Of a DNA stretch of 61,297 bases, positions 53,327 to 61,297 are shown piece after piece. Source of the DNA: Bacillota bacterium (GTDB lineage Bacteria; Bacillota; Clostridia; Saccharofermentanales; Fastidiosipilaceae). Within the stretch, counting starts at the first letter, position 1, and each line of letters opens with the position of its first letter. The stretch lies in contig JAEWGS010000027.1 of NCBI GenBank assembly GCA_023388205.1, positions 1 through 61,297 on the forward strand, written 5' to 3'. The notes beneath the pieces were generated by a model that ran no database searches, had not been told where the DNA came from, and worked only from the letters and a program-made list of their open reading frames with translations. A program made the position numbers and the translations under genes.

Positions 53327-55900
53327 TTAGTGGGCACGCCAGTACACGCAAAGCAACTCGGGCCAAATATCTTTTTTGAGCAGTGTGCGCTCTTTCTCCT
53401 CAATCTTGAGTAGCTTATCTTCAAAAGCCGCCAAGGCTGCTTCTTGCTGTTCCACCTTGCGCGCATAAGCGGCATCGACCTGCTTTTGTGTGGTGTCCAT
53501 CGCTTCTTTGGCTCTTGCCGCGCGCGCCGACTGATTTGAAATGCGCCCCGTGCTTCTCGCCACAGAACTCACACGGCCCAAGCTGCGGCCGCGCCCTAAG
53601 ATCATTCCCAAAATAGAGGCACCCACCTCCACACCCGCTGATAGGGTCGCCTGTTTTTTGGCTTCTTCAGCACGCTTTTGACGCTCCTCGCTGCGTTCTA
53701 GACGCAAGTCCAGTTTTTCCTGATACGCTTCTAATTCTGCCGCTTGTTCTTCGGTAAAGCGTTGAATCAAAGGCTGCGCCGCTGTCTGACAGCGAAGCTG
53801 AAACGCCGCAAGACTTTCATCCGCTTCAGACGTCAACTTCAAACCCTCGCAGACATAGACCTTCGTTCTCGGCTCTCGGTAAATGGCTTCAATCAAGATG
53901 CGCTGCATTTGACTCAAACTCTGCTTACCTTGCGCCGCTTTGGGCATCGATTCAAAGTGGATCCCCGGCAGAGGATTTCGTTCCAAATCGGCCTCATTCG
54001 GCACTTCAGATTCCGGCAACGCTTCAAGTGGATCAATCATCGCGACGTCGTCTTCGATTGGAATCGCATAATACCGAGTCTGTTCTTGAGCTTCACCACT
54101 TCTCCCCACGCGTTCAGTCAATCTCATTTTGGCAAAGAGCATCGGGCTGTATCTGCTCGCAGAAGAAGCCTCTCTGTGATCAAAGAAAGAAGGGTACGGC
54201 AGTTTGGGCAAAAGGGCTGCTGCCCCGCTCATAGCTGAGCCATTTCCCCCGCCCATAGCTGAGCCATTCATCGAAGATGCACGATTCGCTTCGGGCGCAT
54301 CCAATGAAGCGGGATCTGCCTCTTCTTCCATTTCTGAAGTCGCCGCCGATCCATACCCTGTTGAAAATGGAGCTGCCGCATAAGGACCTTCGGCATAAGG
54401 GCCTGCCGCATATTTAGCGCCAACAGCACTTGCTTCATCGGCATCGGCAGCTGCCCCGGCACGCCTAGGTGCAGCGCCTTCTAACTGTCCTTTCGCCACA
54501 CGGGCGATGACTTCTTTGAGCTGAGCCGGACTCATCGGTCCCAAGAGCCAAGAAGAACACGTTCTCGTCTGGAAGACTTCAGCCGCATCATAGACACTGC
54601 GTCTGACAAAGTAGCGCGGCTTGAGTTCAGAAATCTGCGAAAAGAGCTCCGAAGATTCGCTTTCGCCCAAGCCCTCACAGACTTTTTTTCGATCCAAATC
54701 CGTATTGAGACGCCCGATCAGACTCGTGCCAATATTGTTCAGCGCTTTGTAGTCTATATCGCCCGGATTTTGCGTCGCGAGCATCATCCCCAGGCCAAAA
54801 GCGCGCGCCTGTTTGAGCAGCGTGATCAGGCTCTTTTTCGCCGGCGTCTGACGTACAGGTGGGAAAAAGCCCGCCACCTCATCCATGTAAAAGAGCGCCT
54901 TGAGCCCATCGGCACTCGGCCAACGGCGAATCGTACGCGTCAATTCCGAAAGTAAGCTCGACACAAAAAAATGCTGCTCTGCTTCATTCATGGCCGTCAA
55001 CTGAATCAAAGTCACGGGGCACTTGCCCGCCTTCACTTGCAAGCGATCTTGAAGATTCAGCACCGAGCCTTGTAATTGTTGGCGAAAGCGCGGTTTTGCC
55101 AAGAGCGCATTCAGCCTTGTTCCCAGATTCCGCCTCATGTTCTCTGGATAAAAGTCGTCCAACTTAAGCAGGCCGACCTGATCAAAAGGCGGCGTCATCA
55201 CACAGCGCAAAATCGCTTCAGGACTCAAGTCTTCTCCCGCTTGAGTCAGGTATCGCAAGACCTCGATCATAAAAGCGTGTGCCGCACTCTGTTGGCTTTC
55301 ACTCTCACCGATCCACTCTAACCACGTTGCAGCCAATTGATCCAAGCGCTCTTCTAGAGCGTTCTCGTCCTCCGCCATCGCCTGAGAAGCCTCTCCGCCC
55401 GCAAAGGAAAAAAGCGACAAGGCCGGTAATTGCTCTTGCATCGGGGTGTAAATTTTTACATCGTACTGTGACCAGTCGATCGGGGGCACGAGCTCAGACT
55501 CTGTCAGCGCATTTTCGCTCGCATCTTTCGCAATCATCTGCTGCCATTTCGCCTTGAGTTCCGCCGCTTGTTCAGCAGGTCGTTCACCTGAAGCTCCCTC
55601 CTGCGCCGTGCCGAGTTCAGCTGCGCCAGCCGTCTGATCTTTCGCCGCAAGAATCGCGCGAATCTCTTCGTCGCTCATCTGTCCCAAATTCAAAAATAGA
55701 TTTGCGAGGTCGCCTTTGGGATCGAGAATAAGAAGTGGGCAGTGCTGAGCCAAAAGTTGCTCCAAAATCCCGATGCCGAGCCCCGTTTTTCCGCTGCCTG
55801 TCATGCCCAAGATCAGCGCGTGCGTGCAAAGCTGCTTCGTCTCTAAGCGCAAAGGCTGGCCGGATTCATAACCCAAAATCACCGTGCTTTGTGTTCCCAT
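53327..55900 (-). CDS. HerA/FtsK-superfamily (YjgR/DUF853- or DUF87-like) P-loop ATPase fused to a ~390-aa uncharacterised C-terminal region
   Basis: Walker A GMTGSGKTG, LILDPKGDL, Walker B LFYMDEVAGFF, and GMMLATQNPGDID followed by IGRLNT. After ~aa 470 come an Ala/Gly/Tyr low-complexity segment, an unknown domain, a coiled coil and a Gly-rich hydrophobic patch. Confidence 0.75.
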   Translation of the reverse strand: MGTQSTVILGYESGQPLRLETKQLCTHALILGMTGSGKTGLGIGILEQLLAQHCPLLILDPKGDLANLFLNLGQMSDEEIRAILAAKDQTAGAAELGTAQEGASGERPAEQAAELKAKWQQMIAKDASENALTESELVPPIDWSQYDVKIYTPMQEQLPALSLFSFAGGEASQAMAEDENALEERLDQLAATWLEWIGESESQQSAAHAFMIEVLRYLTQAGEDLSPEAILRCVMTPPFDQVGLLKLDDFYPENMRRNLGTRLNALLAKPRFRQQLQGSVLNLQDRLQVKAGKCPVTLIQLTAMNEAEQHFFVSSLLSELTRTIRRWPSADGLKALFYMDEVAGFFPPVRQTPAKKSLITLLKQARAFGLGMMLATQNPGDIDYKALNNIGTSLIGRLNTDLDRKKVCEGLGESESSELFSQISELKPRYFVRRSVYDAAEVFQTRTCSSWLLGPMSPAQLKEVIARVAKGQLEGAAPRRAGAAADADEASAVGAKYAAGPYAEGPYAAAPFSTGYGSAATSEMEEEADPASLDAPEANRASSMNGSAMGGGNGSAMSGAAALLPKLPYPSFFDHREASSASRYSPMLFAKMRLTERVGRSGEAQEQTRYYAIPIEDDVAMIDPLEALPESEVPNEADLERNPLPGIHFESMPKAAQGKQSLSQMQRILIEAIYREPRTKVYVCEGLKLTSEADESLAAFQLRCQTAAQPLIQRFTEEQAAELEAYQEKLDLRLERSEERQKRAEEAKKQATLSAGVEVGASILGMILGRGRSLGRVSSVARSTGRISNQSARAARAKEAMDTTQKQVDAAYARKVEQQEAALAAFEDKLLKIEEKERTLLKKDIWPELLCVYWRAH

Positions 55901-56002
55901 CTCGTTCCTCTTTCTTCGTCAAAAGCTCCGTCAAAGCTTTGTTTTCACCTATTAAAAAGCCAAAGCCGCGGGAGTACCGGCAGGCCTTGGCTCTGTTCAA
56001 TC

Positions 56003-57337
56003 TTACGGTGTGACAATTTCGTCCGCCGAAATATCCTCATTGTCATCGACGGCTTCAACATCTGGTAGCTGCGTCCAGTCTTCGCCTTCGCTCTCTCCGC
56101 GCTCGGTCAGCAAACGGTTTTCGAGCGGTTTGACATAGCGCGCCACGTTGTATAAATGCTCTTCAAAGTTGTGCGCAAACACCGTCGTTCCATCGCCTTT
56201 TGCCGCGAAGTACAAAAGCCCCATATCGCTTGTATCTGGATAAAGCGCCGCGCGAATGGCCTCAAGCCCAGGATTACAGATGGCCCCCGGCGGCAAATTC
56301 AAATGCAAGTACGTATTGTACGGAGACTCCATCTCCAAGTCCGACTGCTTGACAATCAGGATCGGCTCTTTGCCCATGCGCTGACGCACGTAGTTGACCG
56401 TCGCACAACTCTCGAGCTTCATCTCCTGATCTAAGCGGTTGTGGAATACGCGGCTCACTTTATACATCTCGTCGGTGCGCGAAGATTCTTTTTCGATCAC
56501 TGAAGCCAAGCGAACGACCTGATCCATGGTCATATTCATCTCTCTTGCGCGCTTATACTCAGCATCTGTCAGCTTCGCTTCTGTATTATTAAACATCGTG
56601 CGCAAAATCTGCTCTTCGGTCGTATTCAAGTCAAAGTCATAGGTGTCCGGGAAGAAATAACCTTCAAGCGCGATCTCACGGCCAGATTCCATCGGCAACT
56701 CTTGCACAAAGCGATAATCTAAGAATTGATCTGGGTCATTCGCCAGCTCATCGAGAATCTCTTCATCAAAGACCACGCCGTTTTCCTTTAGAATCCGCTT
56801 GATATCAATGTACGTCGTACCTTCGGGGAAGGTAATGCGCACCGACTTGGGCGCGAGCGTCAAGATGTACATCATCGTGTCGTAGGTCATGCCCTTTTTC
56901 AAAAAGTGCGTTCCGCTGCGATAGCCCCCATCGAAGCCATTGATTTTACTCATCAAATTAAAGAGCGTCTTATTGGTCAAAAGCCCCTGATCTTCCAATT
57001 TCTGAGCGATATCTGCTGTCGTGTCACCGAGATCGATGTACACCATGATCGCCCCTTCAGTATTTGCATCAGGGATTTCAATTTGAGCTGAAGCAGATTG
57101 AGCGCTGTTCGCATCGCCGGCTTCTTTTGAAACTGCGTCAGAACTTTCTGTGCCACCTGCTCTTTCGGCAGCCGCACGCTGTTCCGCTGCTCGACCGATA
57201 CGTTCAAGCTCAGCGAAACGTTCCGCTTGTCGCCGCGTAAACTGATAGCCGAGCACAACGCCCAGCCCGACGGCTATGATCAAAAAAATCAGAGCAAACA
57301 TGCGTCCGACAGTCTTTTTTACACGTCTTGATGCCAT
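56003..57337 (-). CDS. mltG: Endolytic murein transglycosylase MltG (YceG-like)
   Basis: N-terminal TM anchor MFALIFLIIAVGLGVVLGY, YceG motifs LEGYFFPDTYDF and ASVIEKES, and an acidic C-terminal tail. Confidence 0.9.
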   Translation of the reverse strand: MASRRVKKTVGRMFALIFLIIAVGLGVVLGYQFTRRQAERFAELERIGRAAEQRAAAERAGGTESSDAVSKEAGDANSAQSASAQIEIPDANTEGAIMVYIDLGDTTADIAQKLEDQGLLTNKTLFNLMSKINGFDGGYRSGTHFLKKGMTYDTMMYILTLAPKSVRITFPEGTTYIDIKRILKENGVVFDEEILDELANDPDQFLDYRFVQELPMESGREIALEGYFFPDTYDFDLNTTEEQILRTMFNNTEAKLTDAEYKRAREMNMTMDQVVRLASVIEKESSRTDEMYKVSRVFHNRLDQEMKLESCATVNYVRQRMGKEPILIVKQSDLEMESPYNTYLHLNLPPGAICNPGLEAIRAALYPDTSDMGLLYFAAKGDGTTVFAHNFEEHLYNVARYVKPLENRLLTERGESEGEDWTQLPDVEAVDDNEDISADEIVTP

Positions 57338-57451
57338 GATGCCTCCTCATTGATAACAGCTCTCATTTTAACAGCTAGAAGCCCTTGCGCAGGCATGATT
57401 CAAAAAGCCATCTCTCAAGCCATCCCTCGACTTCGCTGTTGTCTTCCAATT

Positions 57452-59305
57452 TTAGGCCTTATCTTTGGCGCGTTGACGCGCTTTGAGCCGCATATCTGTA
57501 TTCAAAATTTTCTTGCGAAGACGAATGCTTTCGGGGGTCACTTCAATCAATTCATCGTCGCTGACGAACTCAATAAACTGTTCCAAGCTCATTTTAATCG
57601 GCGTCACCAGGCGCAAAGCCTCATCCGAGCCCGCCGCACGCATATTCGTGACGTGCTTCTTCTTACAGACGTTGACCGCGAGATCTTCCGATTTAGGGTT
57701 CGAGCCCACAACCATACCTTCGTAAACTTCTGTGCCCGCTCCGATAAAAAGCGAACCGCGCTCTTGAGCATTGTACAAACCATAAGTCACAGCCGTACCC
57801 GACTCGCGCGCAACAATCACTGCATGCCCTCTCGTCTCAATCTCCCCGCGCCAAGGCTCATAGCCCGCAATCAAAGAACTCATCACGCCGTTGCCTTTGG
57901 TATCCGTCAAAAACTGCGTGCGATATCCGATCAAGCCGCGCGACGGAATGCGAAAAGTCAAACGCGTAAAATCATCGCGCAAAGGCTGCATATCGATCAT
58001 TTCAGCTTTTCTCTTTCCGAGCTTCTCGATCACTTGGCCGACAAATTCTTCGGGCACTTCAACCATCAGCTCTTCAATGGGTTCTAGCAACTGACCCTTT
58101 TCATCTTCATGCGTAATCACGCGCGGACGAGACAGCTGAAACTCATAGCCCTCACGGCGCATGGTCTCAACAAGAATAGACAGGTGCATTTCGCCGCGCC
58201 CTTTGACGACAAAGGCCTCCGTGCTATCCGTTTCTTCAACGCGCAAAGAGACATTGCGTTCGGTTTCCCGAAACAAACGCTCCCTCAAATGACGGCTCGT
58301 CAAATACTTGCCTTCCCGACCGGCAAACGGAGAATCGTTGACACTAAAAGTCATCGCGATCGTCGGTTCATCGATCTGCACGAAAGGCAGTGGATCTGGA
58401 TTTTCGAAGGCGCAAATCGTATCGCCGATATTGATCTCAGGCACCCCGGCAATACAAACGATTTCCCCGACACTTGCCGTTTCAATTGTCTGCTTGCCCA
58501 AGGCTTCAAAGCGGAACAAAGAGGCGACCTTGCCCTGATTTTTCCAGGACTCGCCTAAGCGGCAAACAGACACCGCCTGACCCAGCTTAATGGAGCCTCG
58601 CGTCACCTTTCCGATCGCCATACGCCCCACGTAGCTATCCGACTCAATGTTGCTCACCAGAAGTTGCAAAGGCGCTTCGACCTCGCCGACAGGACAAGGA
58701 ATGTACGACACGATTTTATCGAGGAGCGGGCGAATATCTTTTGCACCACCTTCAAAAATCTCATCCGGATTTTCCGTCGCATAACCATCTCGTCCGGAGG
58801 CATAAAGGACGGGGAAATCGATTTGATCTTCATCCGCACCCAAGGCGATAAACAAGTCCAAGACCAAATCAGGCACCTCGAGCGGACGGGCGTCTTTTCG
58901 GTCCACCTTGTTCACCACACAAATCACGGGCAAGCCAAAGCCCAGCGCTTTATTCAACACGAAACGCGTCTGAGGCATGGGGCCGTCAAAAGCATCCACG
59001 ATGAGCAAAACGCCGTCGACCATCTTCAAGATGCGCTCAACTTCACCCCCGAAGTCCGCATGGCCTGGGGTATCCACAATATTAATGCGCGTTCCGTTGT
59101 AGTCGATAGCCGTATTTTTCGCAAGAATCGTAATCCCGCGCTCGCGTTCTAGGTCATTGTTGTCCATGGCCCGAATCTGCACTTGCTCATTCGCGCGAAA
59201 GGCGCCGCTTTGTTTAAGCATCGCATCCACCAAGGTTGTCTTTCCGTGGTCGACGTGCGCGATGATCGCAATATTGCGCATGTGTTCCATTCTTTGTTCA
59301 GCCAT
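57452..59305 (-). CDS. typA: Translational GTPase TypA/BipA
   Basis: 617 aa with [20 protein letters not shown] and NKVD motifs, and an EF-G-like domain order. Confidence 0.95.
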   Translation of the reverse strand: MAEQRMEHMRNIAIIAHVDHGKTTLVDAMLKQSGAFRANEQVQIRAMDNNDLERERGITILAKNTAIDYNGTRINIVDTPGHADFGGEVERILKMVDGVLLIVDAFDGPMPQTRFVLNKALGFGLPVICVVNKVDRKDARPLEVPDLVLDLFIALGADEDQIDFPVLYASGRDGYATENPDEIFEGGAKDIRPLLDKIVSYIPCPVGEVEAPLQLLVSNIESDSYVGRMAIGKVTRGSIKLGQAVSVCRLGESWKNQGKVASLFRFEALGKQTIETASVGEIVCIAGVPEINIGDTICAFENPDPLPFVQIDEPTIAMTFSVNDSPFAGREGKYLTSRHLRERLFRETERNVSLRVEETDSTEAFVVKGRGEMHLSILVETMRREGYEFQLSRPRVITHEDEKGQLLEPIEELMVEVPEEFVGQVIEKLGKRKAEMIDMQPLRDDFTRLTFRIPSRGLIGYRTQFLTDTKGNGVMSSLIAGYEPWRGEIETRGHAVIVARESGTAVTYGLYNAQERGSLFIGAGTEVYEGMVVGSNPKSEDLAVNVCKKKHVTNMRAAGSDEALRLVTPIKMSLEQFIEFVSDDELIEVTPESIRLRKKILNTDMRLKARQRAKDKA

Positions 59306-59512
59306 AGATTCCTATCTTTCCTTTTTGTGTCTTTCTTTTTTGTGATGTCTTGTCCTATCGCGCGGCGTCAACCCATGCGACTTCGACTTCGAGTGACACA
59401 GCCTTTTTATTTTACTCCGCGTCATGTCGTTAAAAGGTGGCGTGAGCGACGGCTCAAACGCAACGAAACGGATCTGCAAGCATCCTTGTCCGCCTCAGCC
59501 TCAGCTTTTCGC

Positions 59513-60880
59513 CTATGAACGTTTCGGGCGTCGCGCCGTGTTTTGTCCCAAAGTATCGTCTTGCTTTTTTTCTCTCAAAATCAGTCGAATTGGCGTGCCG
59601 AGCAAATCAATCTCTCGGCGCAAGGTGTTTTCGATGTATCTTTTATAAGAAAAATGCATCAATTCATGGTGCTTACAAAAGAGGACAAAAGTCGGCGGTC
59701 GCACGGAAACTTGTGTCGCATAACGAATACGCAACTGCTTCCCTTTGGTCTGCTGAGACTGCATTCGCGACTGTGCCTCCGCCATAATTTCGTTGAGCAA
59801 GGCAGTCGGCACGCGTCGGCACGCCGCATCGTAAACTTGCTGGATCATCGGATAGAGCCGATCACAGCGCCAGCCCGTTTTCGCCGACATGAACAGGACG
59901 GGCGCATAACTTGCAAAAGCAAAAGCCTCTTGCACGCGCAGGGTCATCTCTTTCATCGGGGTCTCATCCCGATCGGCGATATCCCACTTGTTGACGACAA
60001 AAATCAAAGCTTTTCCCGCCTCGTGCGCCAGCCCGGCAATTTTCGTATCTTGTTCACTCGGACCTTCTGTCGCATCAATCAAATGCAAACACACATCCGC
60101 ATGGTCGATCGCAGAAATCGCACGCAAAATACTGTAGTGCTCAATACGATCACTAATTTTCGATTTGCGCCTCAGTCCCGCGGTATCGACAAAGAGGAAT
60201 TTCCCGTCCTCGTTTTCGATCAAGGTTTCTAAGGCATCTCGCGTCGTCCCTGCCATGGGTGAAACGATGGCGCGCTCACTCCCAAAAAGACGATTGAGCA
60301 AAGAACTCTTGCCGACGTTCGGTTTCCCGATAATTGCGACGCGCACCAAATCTTCGTCTTGTACCTCTTGCTCTGCGGCATCTGGAAAATGCGCCGCCAA
60401 AGCATCCAACATGTTTCCGATCCCTAAGCCGTGCTCCGCTGAAATGGCATGCACTTCTTCAAAACCGAAACGATAGAAGTCATAAAATTCAGCCGGCGTT
60501 TCTCCCGGGGTATCCGCTTTGTTCACCGCCACGACTACAGGCTTGCCCGAACGGTGCAAAAAATCAGCAATCTCTTCATCGGCCGCTTGCACCCCATTTT
60601 TGAGATCCGCCATAAACAAAATGACATCCGCCATCTCGACAGCGATATAAGCCTGCTCTCGCATCTGCTTCAAAATTTCACTGTCCGTACTGGGTTCAAT
60701 CCCCCCAGTATCAATGAGATCAAAACGCCGATCCAACCACGTCACAGGGCAGCTAATGCGATCTCTCGTAATGCCCGGTTCATCGTCCACAATTGAAATG
60801 CGACGCCCCGCTAAATAATTAAAAAGAGTGGACTTCCCCACATTGGGTCGTCCCACGACTGCGACCACAGCTCGTCTCAT
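59513..60880 (-). CDS. der: Ribosome-biogenesis GTPase Der (EngA)
   Basis: Two tandem G domains (GRPNVGKST, GKPNVGKSS; NKAD, NKWD) plus a KH-like C-terminus. Confidence 0.95.
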   Translation of the reverse strand: MRRAVVAVVGRPNVGKSTLFNYLAGRRISIVDDEPGITRDRISCPVTWLDRRFDLIDTGGIEPSTDSEILKQMREQAYIAVEMADVILFMADLKNGVQAADEEIADFLHRSGKPVVVAVNKADTPGETPAEFYDFYRFGFEEVHAISAEHGLGIGNMLDALAAHFPDAAEQEVQDEDLVRVAIIGKPNVGKSSLLNRLFGSERAIVSPMAGTTRDALETLIENEDGKFLFVDTAGLRRKSKISDRIEHYSILRAISAIDHADVCLHLIDATEGPSEQDTKIAGLAHEAGKALIFVVNKWDIADRDETPMKEMTLRVQEAFAFASYAPVLFMSAKTGWRCDRLYPMIQQVYDAACRRVPTALLNEIMAEAQSRMQSQQTKGKQLRIRYATQVSVRPPTFVLFCKHHELMHFSYKRYIENTLRREIDLLGTPIRLILREKKQDDTLGQNTARRPKRS

Positions 60881-60978
60881 CGCTCGATCTCCTTTCTCAA
60901 AAATGAAAAAACAGCGTCCGCCACCGGCAAGCGCTGTTCATATCACCATTAGGCTTCGCTGCCAAAGCGAGCGTAAGC

Positions 60979-61164
60979 TTAAGCTTCTAATTCCAACTTG
61001 AGGATATCCTCACCCTTGTAAAAACCACAGGCCTTGCAAGGTCTATGCGCCTGCATCAACGCATGGCAACGGGGACATTCCACCAAAGTCGGCGCCGCGA
61101 GCTTCCAATTAGATCTGGAGCGACGCGAACGAGCCTTAGACCACCGTCTCTTAGGAACCGCCAT
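60979..61164 (-). CDS. rpmF: 50S ribosomal protein L32
   Basis: 61 aa, MAVPKRRWSKARSRRSRSNW, with a zinc ribbon CPRC...CKAC. Confidence 0.95.
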   Translation of the reverse strand: MAVPKRRWSKARSRRSRSNWKLAAPTLVECPRCHALMQAHRPCKACGFYKGEDILKLELEA

Positions 61165-61297
61165 ATCTACACCTCCACTACAGAATCGAGCTCAAAATCT
61201 CATCTGCTAAAAATCAAGCTTATTAAAGTTAAACGATGAAACCCTTTTTGTCAAAGGCTTCTCGCTTTTTTTGTCTCTTTCAAAAGAAAATGATCGG

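Noticed and set aside
59312-59425. 37-codon extremely basic small ORF (MTRSKIKRLCHSKSKSHGLTPRDRTRHHKKERHKKER) ending 7 nt before the typA start.
   Set aside because: It has no Shine-Dalgarno sequence upstream, and its composition is dictated by the purine-rich leader. There is no evidence beyond being open. It could be rechecked with ribosome profiling.
61210-61297. Open minus-strand frame at the right window edge (…FSFERDKKSEKPLTKRVSSFNFNKLDF*), in the position where a DUF177/YceD gene often precedes rpmF.
   Set aside because: Only 28 codons are visible, and they lack any motif I can tie to DUF177. The call would rest on synteny expectation alone.
1-61297. CRISPR arrays, rRNA genes, integrases, prophage or conjugative modules, and multi-gene defence islands.
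   Set aside because: None were found. All tandem repeats seen are short (12-31-bp units, 2-4 contiguous copies) without spacers. The only mobile-element trace is the IS3 tail fragment at about 40874-40972, and the only defence-related gene is the orphan abiEi.

Overview
This 61.3-kb chromosomal segment is mostly core genome and is coded almost entirely on the minus strand. Gene order looks Gram-positive (Bacillota-like): tmk-darA-holB-yaaT, rpsF-ssb-rpsR then rplI-dnaB-tilS, murT-gatD, and an Enterococcus-hirae-type ntp (V-type ATPase) operon. The exact taxon cannot be determined by eye.

Content, left to right:
- a partial secreted lipase in a visibly AT-richer stretch
- pheST with a proline-iminopeptidase-like hydrolase, then rapZ
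- a GH38 alpha-mannosidase, then ald and aspA
- the yaaT-holB-darA-tmk cluster, preceded by two unknown proteins
- tRNA-Leu(UAG), a GlpA-like flavoprotein, a flavin reductase, and tilS-dnaB-rplI
- rpsR-ssb-rpsF, gatD-murT preceded by a large unknown membrane protein, and long-form nadE
- an LplABC-type sugar ABC importer plus a GH29 fucosidase
- a small AT-rich islet holding an AbiEi antitoxin whose AbiEii toxin gene is reduced to a stub fused to an IS3-type transposase tail
- a nine-gene V-type ATPase operon, pepT, and a TrxR-like flavoprotein without CxxC
- an 857-aa HerA/FtsK-type P-loop ATPase fusion, then mltG, typA, der and rpmF

I found no CRISPR array, rRNA, intact mobile element or prophage. 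I also found no convincing multi-gene novel system.

The items most worth a second look are single-gene oddities:
- DnaB carries a repeat-built acidic tail that ends in an SSB-tip-like DDLPF motif.
- The orphan HerA-like ATPase has a long uncharacterised C-terminal half.
- An unknown membrane protein sits directly upstream of murT-gatD.
- The abiE locus is decayed.
- The glutaminase domain of NadE looks degenerate.
- Several intergenic regions hold GC-rich short tandem repeats.

All calls come from reading the translations and DNA by eye. No database search or computation was possible.
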